A stretch of 64,000 nucleotides of DNA from a candidate division WOR-3 bacterium. GTDB taxonomy: Bacteria > Hydrothermota > 32-111. How positions within the stretch are numbered: the first letter of the stretch is position 1; each line of letters starts with the position of its first letter. A program made the position numbers and the translations under genes. The notes under the pieces are model-generated. The model had not been told where the DNA came from. It saw only the letters and a list, made by a program, of their open reading frames with translations, and did not search any database. Shown here in pieces: positions 51,955-62,263 of the stretch. The stretch is from NCBI GenBank assembly GCA_039804105.1, contig JBDRZU010000002.1, forward strand, positions 320,001-384,000, in the 5' to 3' direction.

Positions 51955-53092
51955 TTGTTGCAAGAATATTTTTCTGATAGTATATGTTACCATTCTTAAC
52001 AAATATTCTTGGAACTCTCGGCCCTATTCCCGTTAATATTTCATAGTTCAAAAGACCTGAAAGTTTTGCGAGTTCATTTATAGAAATGTTATCTCCAAAA
52101 ATCTCAACTTCATCACCAACTTTTACATTTTCAACATCTGAAATATCAATCATCGTAAGATCCATACATACGTTTCCAACAACTTTGACCCTTTTCCCTT
52201 TCAAAAACATATAAGATTTGTTTGAGAGCAACCTTGAATATCCATCTCCGTAACCTATCAGAACTGTTGCTATCTTCATCTTTTTTTCAGCAACAAAATT
52301 TCTACCGTAAGAAACAGTGTCTCCCTTTTTTAAGTTTTTGATCTGACATATTCTCGATTTTAAAAACATAACCGGTTTAACCTTTATAAATTCTTTTAAT
52401 CTCTCATCTGTATATTGTCCATAAAGCATTATTCCAGGTCTTACAAGATTGTATAAACTACCTTTGATGTTTACTATTCCCGATGAGTTTGCAAGATGTC
52501 TATATTTAAAATTTATACCCTTTTCTTTCAGCTTTTTGATAATTATATCATATCTTCTTTTTTGTTCAATAGAAAAACCTTTATCCTCTTTTTCCGCTTC
52601 AGCAAAATGAGAAAAAACACCTGTAACATGGATATTTTTTAGTTCCAAAATTTTCGGGATCTCTCTTTCAGCATCCCTATAGGATATACCCGTTCTATTC
52701 ATACCTGTATCGATTTCTATATGCGCTTCGGTGATCCGATTTTTTCTTTTTGACTCCCTATCTATGCTTTTCGCATAGGAGTATGATACAAGATTTGGCA
52801 TTATATTGTAATCAACAATTTTGGGAGCATCCTTTTCAAGTGTTGGGCTTAAAATCAATATTTGATTGGGAATCCTGTGTATTCTCAATTCTATGGCTTC
52901 ATCGATCGAAGCAACTCCAAAAATTTCAATATATGGTGATAAAACTCTTGTGATCTCTATACTATCGTGACCATAAGCGTTCGCCTTAACCGCAGCGAGT
53001 ATCTTTACATCTTTCCCTATAACTCTTTTTATAGTTTTAACATTGTAAAGAAGATTATCTATGTTGATTTCAGCCCAGGTTCTATTTTTCAT
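51935..53092 (-). CDS. alr: Alanine racemase
   Basis: AVKANAYGH, DTGMNR, RPGIMLYG, GYGDG, VCMD. Confidence 0.96.
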   Translation of the reverse strand: MKNRTWAEINIDNLLYNVKTIKRVIGKDVKILAAVKANAYGHDSIEITRVLSPYIEIFGVASIDEAIELRIHRIPNQILILSPTLEKDAPKIVDYNIMPNLVSYSYAKSIDRESKRKNRITEAHIEIDTGMNRTGISYRDAEREIPKILELKNIHVTGVFSHFAEAEKEDKGFSIEQKRRYDIIIKKLKEKGINFKYRHLANSSGIVNIKGSLYNLVRPGIMLYGQYTDERLKEFIKVKPVMFLKSRICQIKNLKKGDTVSYGRNFVAEKKMKIATVLIGYGDGYSRLLSNKSYMFLKGKRVKVVGNVCMDLTMIDISDVENVKVGDEVEIFGDNISINELAKLSGLLNYEILTGIGPRVPRIFVKNGNIYYQKNILATNGGNLV

Positions 53093-53438
53093 AAACCTCT
53101 TTCATTATTGAATCTTTTGTAAAAATTAAAAATGTATCATCAAAAGAATATTTCAATTTCAATTTGTAATCTTTAAAAGAACTCTCATATTCAAAAAAAG
53201 AATCAAGTGTGATATCAAAATATCTTTGAAAAACTTTAAGTTCGTAAGGAAAATAGTTTTCCTTTCCATAAAACCCATCAATACGATTTTTCAGGGATAA
53301 GGTTTTTAAAAGTATCTCCTCTTTTGTCATCAACTTTTTACTTTGTAAATTGAAAACTGGAGGTTTTAAAAACAAACCAAGTAATATGGAAACAAAAATT
53401 AAAAGCGTTAAAAGTTTATAGAATCTGTTATTTTTCAT
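53082..53438 (-). CDS. Hypothetical protein with N-terminal TM helix
   Basis: 118 aa, overlaps both neighbours. Confidence 0.55.
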   Translation of the reverse strand: MKNNRFYKLLTLLIFVSILLGLFLKPPVFNLQSKKLMTKEEILLKTLSLKNRIDGFYGKENYFPYELKVFQRYFDITLDSFFEYESSFKDYKLKLKYSFDDTFLIFTKDSIMKEVYEK

Positions 53439-53730
53439 CCTCTATTAAACTCAAATGGTTTTCGTCTGAAATCATCTTCTGATTCCATTTAGGTTCAAAT
53501 ACAAGGTTTATATTAACATTCCCTTCTCCAGCAATCTCTTCTATTTTCTGTTTCAATTCACTTATCATCATCGAAGCAAGTGGACATCCAGGGAAAGTTA
53601 GTGTCATATCTATAAAAACTTTGTCATTTTCGATTTTAAAGCCATATATCAATCCAAGAGTTACAATATCCATACCTATTTCTGGATCTATAACCTCACG
53701 CATCTTTTCAACAATCATCTTTCTATCCAT
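53428..53730 (-). CDS. DUF59/SufT-like metal-sulfur cluster assembly factor
   Basis: DPEIGMDIVTLGLIY, TLTFPGCP; SD GGAGG. Confidence 0.9.
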   Translation of the reverse strand: MDRKMIVEKMREVIDPEIGMDIVTLGLIYGFKIENDKVFIDMTLTFPGCPLASMMISELKQKIEEIAGEGNVNINLVFEPKWNQKMISDENHLSLIEDEK

Positions 53731-53781
53731 AAAACCTCCATAAATTTTAAATTTATCATATAGTTAAAATAAATCAATAGT

Positions 53782-54750
53782 TTAATTCAAAATGTTCCTA
53801 TATCTCAAAAAGAATTTTTCATCCGTTCCATAAATAGTGTCATATTTTTTTACAAGATCGTCATACATTTTTTCATCAAGAACAACTTTTCCTATACAGA
53901 AAGGTTTACTTTTGGTCGTGAAAGACCTTTTAAATTCACTCAATCCATCTTTTCCATCCTTTATTCCACCACCGAGAATCATAATTTTACTCCCAAGATT
54001 TTTTGCGAATTCGCATCCTTTATACAATAAAAGGTTTGAAAGACCTTTACTCATTTCATTTTTTAACACTGTTGAAAGATGGTAGTAAGAATTGAATCCC
54101 TCTTCGATCAAAAACAATGATCCGCCAAAATATTCCTCATTTTTATATGAGTTGAAAAGATATGAAAATTTTAAATTTTTTAAATCCAGAAAATATTTTT
54201 CGTTGAATTTTAAAAACTCCCTACCTTTTTTTTCCTCGATCATATTTTTATAAAGTTTATAAAATTTTAAGAACTCTTCTTCATTCTTTTCTCGAGATAT
54301 ACAAAAATTTTTCCTTTCAGCCAATCTTATCTTATTCCTTACTGAACTTTTAAACTCTTTCGTGTATCCATCGAAAAGATCAATATAGAAAACTTCTCTT
54401 ACATACTCTATCTTGAAAAGATTTGTTTCTGGAAGAGGGAAGAAAGGGTTGAATCTTATGAATCCAGCTATAAGATTCTCCTTTTTTAAAAGGTTAAAAA
54501 GTTCTTCAAAAAATGGTTCTGTAAAATCTTTATCAGGGTTTGATGTATAAAAAGAAGAGTATCCATATGGAGTTTCAAAATCTCTATATTCTTTGTTTAT
54601 CAACAGGATCAAAAAAATCAGATCACCATTTTTTTCTTTAAAATATAATTTTGCATCACCATAAAGTTTTGCGTATTCCTCTAAAAACTCTAAATCTTTG
54701 ATATTATAATCTTTTAGAAGATTGTTCCAATTATCACTTATTCTAATCAA
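53782..54750 (-). CDS. FemAB-like/GNAT acyltransferase
   Basis: DFETPYGY, FIRFNPF, YYHLS, LGGG, LSEFKRSF. Confidence 0.7.
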   Translation of the reverse strand: MIRISDNWNNLLKDYNIKDLEFLEEYAKLYGDAKLYFKEKNGDLIFLILLINKEYRDFETPYGYSSFYTSNPDKDFTEPFFEELFNLLKKENLIAGFIRFNPFFPLPETNLFKIEYVREVFYIDLFDGYTKEFKSSVRNKIRLAERKNFCISREKNEEEFLKFYKLYKNMIEEKKGREFLKFNEKYFLDLKNLKFSYLFNSYKNEEYFGGSLFLIEEGFNSYYHLSTVLKNEMSKGLSNLLLYKGCEFAKNLGSKIMILGGGIKDGKDGLSEFKRSFTTKSKPFCIGKVVLDEKMYDDLVKKYDTIYGTDEKFFLRYRNILN

Positions 54751-54756
54751 AATCTC

Positions 54757-56289
54757 TCACAGGTTATAAAAATATTTGTTATCGAGAATCCTGTATTGGA
54801 TCGCTTCAGATATATGTTCATCCTTGATATTCTCTTCTCCTGCAAGATCTGCTATAGTTCTTGCAATTTTTATGATTTTTGTTATCGATCTTGGAGAGAA
54901 TGAATAATGTTTTATCGCCGTTTCAAGTAAAAGTTTAGAATCGGAGTCGAGTTTACAAAAGATTTTCAAATATTTTGAAGTTAAATGTCCATTTCTTCTT
55001 ATATTTTTTAGATCTTTATACCTTTCTTTCTGTTTGTAAACAACATTTTGGACTCTTTTTCTAATATCTTTTGATCTCTCGACTTCCTCTCCATCAGATT
55101 CATTCAAAAAATCTATTCTTGGAACTTCAATATGAATATCGATTCTATCGAGTATAGGTCCTGAAATTTTTGAAAGGTATTTTTGAATATCAAAAGGAGT
55201 ACATTTACATATATGATTGGGATCAGAATAATATCCACATCTGCACGGATTCATCGCTGCAATCAAAGTGAATCTTGAAGGATAAACAAATGTGTTTTGT
55301 GCTCTTGATACTGTTACATATCCATCTTCAAGTGGTTGCCTTAACGATTCTATTATATTCTTTGAAAACTCAGGGAATTCATCAAGAAATAAAACACCGT
55401 TGTGTGCAAGTGAGACCTCTCCCGGATGCGAGTCCTGTCCACCACCTATGAGAGCAACATCCGAAATAGTATGGTGCGGACTTCTGAACGGTCTTTCCTT
55501 TATTATTCCTTCGTTATCTTTTAAAAGTCCCCTTATCGAATATATTTTTGTTGTTTCAAGTGACTCCTCATCCGTCATTTCAGGTAAAATCGTTACAAAC
55601 CTTTTTGCAAGCATCGTTTTTCCAGTGCCGGGTGGTCCTATCATCAAAACATTGTGTCCTCCAGATGCTGCTATCTCAAGTGCTCTTTTCTGTAACAAAA
55701 GACCTTTAACATCCTCAAAACCAAAATCGTATTCAAAATTCTCCTCCACCTGGTCTCTGTTTTCATAAGGTTTTATTTCTTTTATACCTGACAAGAATTC
55801 AACAACTTCTCTAAGATCTTTAACAGGATAAACCTTCATACCTTGTACAACGGATGCCTCTTTTCTATTAGAATATGGTAAAATGATTTTTCTTTCGCCC
55901 TTCTCATAGATAGACGAAACTATTGCAAGAATACCATTAACACCTCTCACTTTTCCATCGAGAGCAAGTTCTCCTACGAAAATATAATCATCAGAAAAAT
56001 CTTTAACTATGCCCAAAGATTTCAAAAGTGAAACAGCAATTGGAAGATCAAAATATGAACCCTCTTTTTTTATATCCGCAGGAGCAAGGTTTACTGTTAT
56101 TCTTCTATCGGGGAACGGGAAATTTGAGTTTTTTATAGCGCTTCTAATCCTTTCTTTTGATTCTTTAACAGTCCTTTCAGCAAGCCCAACTATGTTGAAA
56201 GCAGGTAATCCATTTTGAAGATCAGTTTCAACTTCAACAACATAACCTTCAATTCCCCTTATCCCTGCTGATTTGAGCATTGAGATCAT
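54757..56289 (-). CDS. comM: YifB/ComM Mg-chelatase-like AAA+ ATPase
   Basis: NLAPAD, GPPGTGKT, FRSPHH, PGEVSLAHNGVLFLDE, AMNPCRCG, ARTIADL. Confidence 0.93.
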   Translation of the reverse strand: MISMLKSAGIRGIEGYVVEVETDLQNGLPAFNIVGLAERTVKESKERIRSAIKNSNFPFPDRRITVNLAPADIKKEGSYFDLPIAVSLLKSLGIVKDFSDDYIFVGELALDGKVRGVNGILAIVSSIYEKGERKIILPYSNRKEASVVQGMKVYPVKDLREVVEFLSGIKEIKPYENRDQVEENFEYDFGFEDVKGLLLQKRALEIAASGGHNVLMIGPPGTGKTMLAKRFVTILPEMTDEESLETTKIYSIRGLLKDNEGIIKERPFRSPHHTISDVALIGGGQDSHPGEVSLAHNGVLFLDEFPEFSKNIIESLRQPLEDGYVTVSRAQNTFVYPSRFTLIAAMNPCRCGYYSDPNHICKCTPFDIQKYLSKISGPILDRIDIHIEVPRIDFLNESDGEEVERSKDIRKRVQNVVYKQKERYKDLKNIRRNGHLTSKYLKIFCKLDSDSKLLLETAIKHYSFSPRSITKIIKIARTIADLAGEENIKDEHISEAIQYRILDNKYFYNL

Positions 56290-58162
56290 AAATCTTTTCC
56301 AACCTCCTCCTTACAACCCCATCAGAAACTGGCCTTATAACTTTTGGAATCTCTTTTACTTTTTCATAATATTTTTCTTTATTATTTTTTTTCAAAAATT
56401 TTAGATAGTTATAAAAAAGTTTTGCATATTCCAATAATCTGTAAGAAGTTTTCAACCTTTCACAACTTCTTTCAAAAATCTTTTCTCTCTCTTTTAGATC
56501 TACACTTTTTTCACCCTTTATATAATGAAACATTATCCCATTGTTTCTATCTTTATTTATCAAACTTTCATATTTTTTAACAATCTCTTTTTTCTTTTTT
56601 TCACTTTTCAAAAATCTTGTTAAAAAGAAAACGGATTCTGTTAAAAGATAACCGTTTCCAATCTGAACTCCAATGTTGTACGCTTTAAGATAATAATCTT
56701 TTGATTGTTTATAGTTTTTCTTCATTAGATACAATCTTCCAAGGTTGTTGTAAACCATCCATAGACCGAGTTTATTATTCAATTTTAACGCATTATCGAG
56801 TGATTCTAGAAGATTATATTCAGCATCAAGAAATTTACCTTGTTCCATATAAACAAGTGCAATTCCACTCTGACTTCTTATGGAACCGTATAGATCATTG
56901 TAAAAATGTTTGATATCAATCGATTTTAGATAACATTCCAAAGATCTTTCAAAATTACCCATATTCAGATAAACAAAACCTTTCGCATCATAATATTTTG
57001 CAAGATCAAGAGTCATCTCTTTTTTAAAGTTAATCAATTGGTTATATTTAACAATTGAAAAATGTTTTTCTGCCAAAGTTTCCTTTTCCTTTTCAAAACT
57101 CTCTTCCATTCTGTTGTAGAACTCTCTCGATAGATCAAGGTATTTAAACACCTCATCAATATTTTTTCCCATCTTAAATGATACCATTCCTATATGTCTT
57201 GATGCTCTCGATTTTTCAAGAAGATTTGCATTTTTACTTTTTAAAACTTTGAAAGAATAATCTAAAGAATTTTCAAATTCGTTCAGATAATAGTATCCAG
57301 AAGAAAGTTCATTATAAAGTTCATATTTTGAAATCTTGGGATTCTTATCCTTTATTTTGTTTTCAACCTGTTTTAAAATTCTGATTCCATCCTTATTCTT
57401 ACCGCCCTGAACAAATATTTTTCCGATATTCAAATCTATTAAAAGTTTATCATCTCTATTCCTCATCCTTTTCTTTGCATCCTTTAAAAATAGATAAGAT
57501 TTTTCGAGTGAGTTTATACTCTGCATCTTCAAAAGATGTAAACCTTTTTCAAGATGTATATAACCTTCTTTATAAAGTTGTATGAAAATTTCAACTATTT
57601 CAGGATCAAATTGGGATTTTGAATTCTTTTTAATTTCCTTTATCGCATTCTCTTCACTTTTTATCTCTTTTTTATAACTTCTCCCTGAGGTCATAGCATC
57701 AAAAGAATCGGCAACTGCTATTATTCGTGAAAAGAGTGGAATACTTTTTCCTTTTAATCCATCAGGATAACCCTTACCATCATACCTTTCATGGTGATGT
57801 TTTATCGCTTCCTGTAGTCCATTAACATATTTGAAAGAACCGAGAAGATAAGCACCATAGATCGAATGCCTTTTGATTTCAGAAAATTGGAATCTGTTCA
57901 ATTTTCTTTTGCTGTTAAGAATTGAGATTGGAACCTTAACTTTTCCGATATCATGTAGGATTGAAGCAAGATACAAAACATCAAGATCCTTTTTGGAAAG
58001 CCCCAACCTTTTCCCTATAAGAATAGAATATCTTTGAACCCTTTCAGAATGACCTATTGTGTACTCATCTTTTGCATCTATAACATCTGATAGATACTTT
58101 ATAGTGTTTAAAAAAAGTTCTTCATTTTCAAGCGAATTTGATAATTTCTTAATATCCTTCAT
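56249..58162 (-). CDS. HD-GYP phosphodiesterase fused to TPR repeats
   Basis: HSERV, LHDIGK, HHERYDGKGYP, ADSFDAMTS, then TPR-like helices; start trimmed to MKDIKK outside the tmRNA. Confidence 0.88.
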   Translation of the reverse strand: MKDIKKLSNSLENEELFLNTIKYLSDVIDAKDEYTIGHSERVQRYSILIGKRLGLSKKDLDVLYLASILHDIGKVKVPISILNSKRKLNRFQFSEIKRHSIYGAYLLGSFKYVNGLQEAIKHHHERYDGKGYPDGLKGKSIPLFSRIIAVADSFDAMTSGRSYKKEIKSEENAIKEIKKNSKSQFDPEIVEIFIQLYKEGYIHLEKGLHLLKMQSINSLEKSYLFLKDAKKRMRNRDDKLLIDLNIGKIFVQGGKNKDGIRILKQVENKIKDKNPKISKYELYNELSSGYYYLNEFENSLDYSFKVLKSKNANLLEKSRASRHIGMVSFKMGKNIDEVFKYLDLSREFYNRMEESFEKEKETLAEKHFSIVKYNQLINFKKEMTLDLAKYYDAKGFVYLNMGNFERSLECYLKSIDIKHFYNDLYGSIRSQSGIALVYMEQGKFLDAEYNLLESLDNALKLNNKLGLWMVYNNLGRLYLMKKNYKQSKDYYLKAYNIGVQIGNGYLLTESVFFLTRFLKSEKKKKEIVKKYESLINKDRNNGIMFHYIKGEKSVDLKEREKIFERSCERLKTSYRLLEYAKLFYNYLKFLKKNNKEKYYEKVKEIPKVIRPVSDGVVRRRLEKIYDLNAQISRDKGN

Positions 58163-58170
58163 AATAAAAA

Positions 58171-58504
58171 TGGAGGCGGCGGGAATCGAACCCGCGTCCA
58201 AAGATAGATGTTCAGTTCTTCTACATGCTTAGCATCCACAAAGTTATCCTGATCGGCTGGATGCTACCTTTCAGGACTTTTGCCCTTCTCTTTTGGTATG
58301 ATTCGGGCAGATCATACCAGCAGTCAGGATAGATGAAGGTCTTTTCAAAACCCCTGACTGGCTCCGAAAGACCCTGCCGCTAAATTATGCGGCTAAAGCG
58401 AAATTGTTGTCTTTTCTTTTTTGCCGGTTTTTTTACGAGACACCAGCAATCTCGGCATGCTTCCCCTGAACAAGATTATCCCTGTCGAGACCAATTTCGC
58501 CCCC
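58171..58504 (-). ncRNA. ssrA: tmRNA
   Basis: 5' GGGGGCGAAATTGGTCTCGAC, 3' GCGGGTTCGATTCCCGCCGCCTCCA with G3-U70; tag frame ending ...DNNFALAA*. Confidence 0.95.
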
Positions 58505-58594
58505 CATTATTATAATAACTGAATTTTTGTTTTTTTCAACTCAAAAATTTGTTATTGAAAAAAAACTTGTTTTATATATACTATAATTAGGGAA

Positions 58595-61500
58595 ATGAAA
58601 AATATTTTTCTAAATAGATCAAACCTTTTAAAATTTATTATCTTGATAAACTCTTTAATTTTGTTCATATTCATTTTGATATTTTTAAAACTGATAAATT
58701 TTGTCAAAGAGGAAGAGGATAAAAAGATCTTCAATTCTCTTGAACATAATTCTGAATTTTTTAAAATAAAAAGACAAAATCTATATGAAGATTTAAGATT
58801 TATAAGTTATCTATATACAATAAATGATTTTTTGAAAAACAGTTCAGATCCTTTAGTAAAAATAAGATTTTTAAACAAGGTAAAAGAAATACACAGTGCT
58901 TATTCCGAAATAATTTCAATAACTCTATTTGACAAAGATAGTAAAATAATTTTTAGTGAAAACTATAAAACAGTTTTCGATACAATACTTTTTTACAATT
59001 CAAAAATTGAAAAAACAATAAAACTTTCACAGTTAAAACCTTATGGTGAACAAGTCATTTTTGATGCTTATATTCCTGTTTTAGATAAAATAACAGAAGA
59101 GTTTATTGGAACTATAAAACTCAATATTGATTTTTATAAATTCTATTCCTTTGAAAAGGGACATTTTTTTCCTTTTAAAGATATAAATACATTTTTTATT
59201 CAACTTGATAAAGAATCTCTATATTTCTTTCAAATAACCGATTATAAACCTGAGATGAAATTTTACAAAATTTATGATTTTGAAAATATTTTTGAAAAAT
59301 TTAACTCTCAAAACACATTCGTTTTATATTCAAAAAATGAAAATAAAAAATTTTACTGTTCAATCAAAAAAGTTGATGAGAATGAATATTTCATAGCTTA
59401 TATTGATTATAAAAAGTATATATCAAATATAATAAGAGTAATATTATATACAATTATATTTGTTGTATTTGTAACAACATTTATCGATCTGATTTTAATT
59501 TTTATATATCTTTTGATAAACAATCTTATCTACAAAAAAGAAATAGAAAACAAAAAAGAGATTGAGAAAACAAAAAAATATCTGGAAACTCTTTTAAATT
59601 CATCCCCTTTGTATATACTTGATATCACAAGAGATTTGAAAATCAATTTTTTCATCAACGATTCAGCGAAAATCTTTTTCAACTCCGATAAAAACAATTT
59701 TGATTTTAAAAATATTCTTTTTAAAGATGATTTTGTTAAGTTAAAAAATTGTATAGAAAATTTTTATGAAAATAAAGATAAAAATTTTGATTCTTTTGAA
59801 ACAAAAGTAAAAGTTGATCTTGATGAAAGATATTTAACATTTCTTCTTTCTCCCATAAAGGATCAGGATGGAGAGATTTTATCAATTCTTGTTATAATTT
59901 CTGACATTACCGATCTAAAAAATTATGAACTCGATCTTGAAGATAAAAACAAAAAACTTCTATTCACTTTACAACAACTTGAATCTACAAATGAAGAGTT
60001 GCAAACATCTGAGGAAGAACTCCTTGCTACAGAGGAAGAGTTAAAATACCAGATCGAGGAACTTGAAAAGAAGAGCAAAATTTTACACGAGACGGAAGAA
60101 AAATTCAAAATCGCTTTAAAAAACTCAAACATTTCAGTTTTCGTTCAGGATAGAGATTTAAAATACAACTATGGTTTCAACATTCCGGATAATATTCCAT
60201 TTGAAATGCTTTTTGAAAAGGTTGATGATGATATTTTCAAAGGAAAAAATGTTGAAAAATTCATAAGGATGAAAAACCTTGCGATCACGAACGGAGAAAA
60301 ATTTTCAGGTGAGATAGAACTGATATTTTTCAAAACAAAACATTACTTTTTATACACTATAGAACCTTTCTATTCAAAGGATGAAAAAATTTCCGGAGTT
60401 TTAACTGCATTACAGGATATAAGTGAAAAAGTCGAGATGCAAAAGGAGTTGATGCAGGTTTTTAAACTTGAAGCGCTCGGAAATCTTGCTGGAGGTATAG
60501 CACACGATTTCAACAATATTCTTGCAGGAATAATCGGAAACGCAGAGATACTCGATATGAGGATCGGTGAAGATCAAGAACTTTCAAAGTATATCAAAAG
60601 TATAATAAAAATTTCTGAAAGTGCTTCAAAACTCACAAAACAACTCTTATCATTCGCAAGAAAAGGTAAATATCAGAATGTCGATTTTTCAATACATAAA
60701 GTCATAAACGAAGTATGTGATATACTTGAAAGAACGATAGACAGAAGAATAAGGATCGAACAACATCTGAAAGCGAAACCATCCTCAATAAAAGGCGATC
60801 CATCACAAATAGAGACAGCGTTGATGAACCTCATAATAAATTCGAAAGATGCCATCATGGAAAAGGGTGGTGATGGTAGGATAGAGATCAGAACAGAATC
60901 CATAATCGTTGATGAAAATTTCAACAGGTTTTTGAACACTAAACTTGAGAACGGAACATATATACATATTTCTGTATCCGATGATGGAATCGGAATGGAT
61001 GATGAAACAAAAAAACACATTTTTGAACCATTCTTTACAACAAAAGATGTTGGCAAGGGAACGGGACTTGGTTTAGCAAGTGTTTACGGAACGATAAAAA
61101 ATCATAAAGGATATATCGATTTTTACTCCGAGAGATTCAAAGGAACAACCTTTAACATCTATCTTCCTTTATCGACCACAGAGATCGAAGAGGAAGTTGA
61201 AAAGGAAGGTGAAACAACATTGAGTTTGAACATAAAAAAATCGATACTAATAATAGATGATGAGGAATCGATAAGAAACAGTTGTAAAGAGATTTTCGAA
61301 AAAGAAGGACTTAAAGTTCTAACAGCAAAGGATGGAATTGAAGGAATAGAGATCTTTGAAAAAAATAAAGAAGAAATCGATCTTATAATTTTGGATATGA
61401 TCATGCCAAAAATGTCAGGTAAAGAAACTTTTATAGGTCTCAAGAAGTTGGATAGGGATATACCGATTATACTCTGTTCAGGTTATTCGGAGGAGGGGGA

Positions 61501-61597
61501 AGCTGAAGAGATTATTAATATGGGAGTTGAAGCATTTTTGCAAAAACCATACAGGATGAAAACTTTAATAGAAACTATAAAAAAAATCTTGAAATGA
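58595..61597 (+). CDS. Membrane hybrid sensor kinase (extracytoplasmic domain, two PAS-like domains, HisKA, HATPase, REC)
   Basis: IAHDFNNIL, FEPFFTTK, GTGLGL, receiver IIDDEE...LDMIMP...KPY. Confidence 0.92.
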   Translation: MKNIFLNRSNLLKFIILINSLILFIFILIFLKLINFVKEEEDKKIFNSLEHNSEFFKIKRQNLYEDLRFISYLYTINDFLKNSSDPLVKIRFLNKVKEIHSAYSEIISITLFDKDSKIIFSENYKTVFDTILFYNSKIEKTIKLSQLKPYGEQVIFDAYIPVLDKITEEFIGTIKLNIDFYKFYSFEKGHFFPFKDINTFFIQLDKESLYFFQITDYKPEMKFYKIYDFENIFEKFNSQNTFVLYSKNENKKFYCSIKKVDENEYFIAYIDYKKYISNIIRVILYTIIFVVFVTTFIDLILIFIYLLINNLIYKKEIENKKEIEKTKKYLETLLNSSPLYILDITRDLKINFFINDSAKIFFNSDKNNFDFKNILFKDDFVKLKNCIENFYENKDKNFDSFETKVKVDLDERYLTFLLSPIKDQDGEILSILVIISDITDLKNYELDLEDKNKKLLFTLQQLESTNEELQTSEEELLATEEELKYQIEELEKKSKILHETEEKFKIALKNSNISVFVQDRDLKYNYGFNIPDNIPFEMLFEKVDDDIFKGKNVEKFIRMKNLAITNGEKFSGEIELIFFKTKHYFLYTIEPFYSKDEKISGVLTALQDISEKVEMQKELMQVFKLEALGNLAGGIAHDFNNILAGIIGNAEILDMRIGEDQELSKYIKSIIKISESASKLTKQLLSFARKGKYQNVDFSIHKVINEVCDILERTIDRRIRIEQHLKAKPSSIKGDPSQIETALMNLIINSKDAIMEKGGDGRIEIRTESIIVDENFNRFLNTKLENGTYIHISVSDDGIGMDDETKKHIFEPFFTTKDVGKGTGLGLASVYGTIKNHKGYIDFYSERFKGTTFNIYLPLSTTEIEEEVEKEGETTLSLNIKKSILIIDDEESIRNSCKEIFEKEGLKVLTAKDGIEGIEIFEKNKEEIDLIILDMIMPKMSGKETFIGLKKLDRDIPIILCSGYSEEGEAEEIINMGVEAFLQKPYRMKTLIETIKKILK

Positions 61598-62254
61598 TCA
61601 TATCTCGTTAAGATGGTGTTTGACACTTTTACCCGTTATCATAAAAATCGTATCCTCTGCAATATTCGTTGAAAGATCAGCGATCCTTTCAAGATTTTTT
61701 GCAACATCTATAACCGCGATCTCAATAAGAGAACTTTCCTGACACTTGTTGAGGCCAGAAATCATTTCCTCAACAATTTTGTTTCTTAAAAGGTCAACCT
61801 CATCATCCTGATTTAAAACTTCTTTTGCAAGAGTTATATCTCCATCTATAAAAGATTTTATACTCTTTTCAAACATCTTCTTTGCAACAGAACAGATTTT
61901 TTCAAGATCTTTATTTTTTTCAAAAATCTTTTCTCCTTGTAAACTATCGATCCTCGAAGAGATATTCACACAATGGTCTCCGATTCTTTCAAGATCATTG
62001 TTTATTTTCAAAACTGTAAAAAGTGCTCTCAGATCTGAAGCAACTGGTTGGTTTGTTGCTATTATTGAGACACATTCGTTTTCGATTTCTACCTCTTTTT
62101 TGTTCGCAAAGTCCTCCATCTCTTTGATAACCTTTTCCGCTATACTTTTATCGTTATTCTTTAAAGAAAGTATAGAATTTTCAAACATTTTTTCTATAAA
62201 CAAAGAGTAGTCGATCAATTCCTTTTTCAAGTTTTCAATTCTCTCTTTTAGCAT
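61598..62254 (-). CDS. phoU: Phosphate signalling protein PhoU
   Basis: QPVASDLR, DLERIGDH, LERIADLSTNIAE. Confidence 0.95.
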   Translation of the reverse strand: MLKERIENLKKELIDYSLFIEKMFENSILSLKNNDKSIAEKVIKEMEDFANKKEVEIENECVSIIATNQPVASDLRALFTVLKINNDLERIGDHCVNISSRIDSLQGEKIFEKNKDLEKICSVAKKMFEKSIKSFIDGDITLAKEVLNQDDEVDLLRNKIVEEMISGLNKCQESSLIEIAVIDVAKNLERIADLSTNIAEDTIFMITGKSVKHHLNEI

Positions 62255-62263
62255 AAAAACTCC

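Noticed and set aside
58163..58201. N-terminal extension MDAGSIPAASIFI of the HD-GYP ORF
   Set aside because: It is mostly the translated T-arm/acceptor end of the tmRNA; an ATG exists at 58162.
54757..58504. tmRNA and comM as integration hotspots for a genomic island
   Set aside because: comM is intact; no integrase, duplicated tmRNA 3' end or obvious compositional shift seen.
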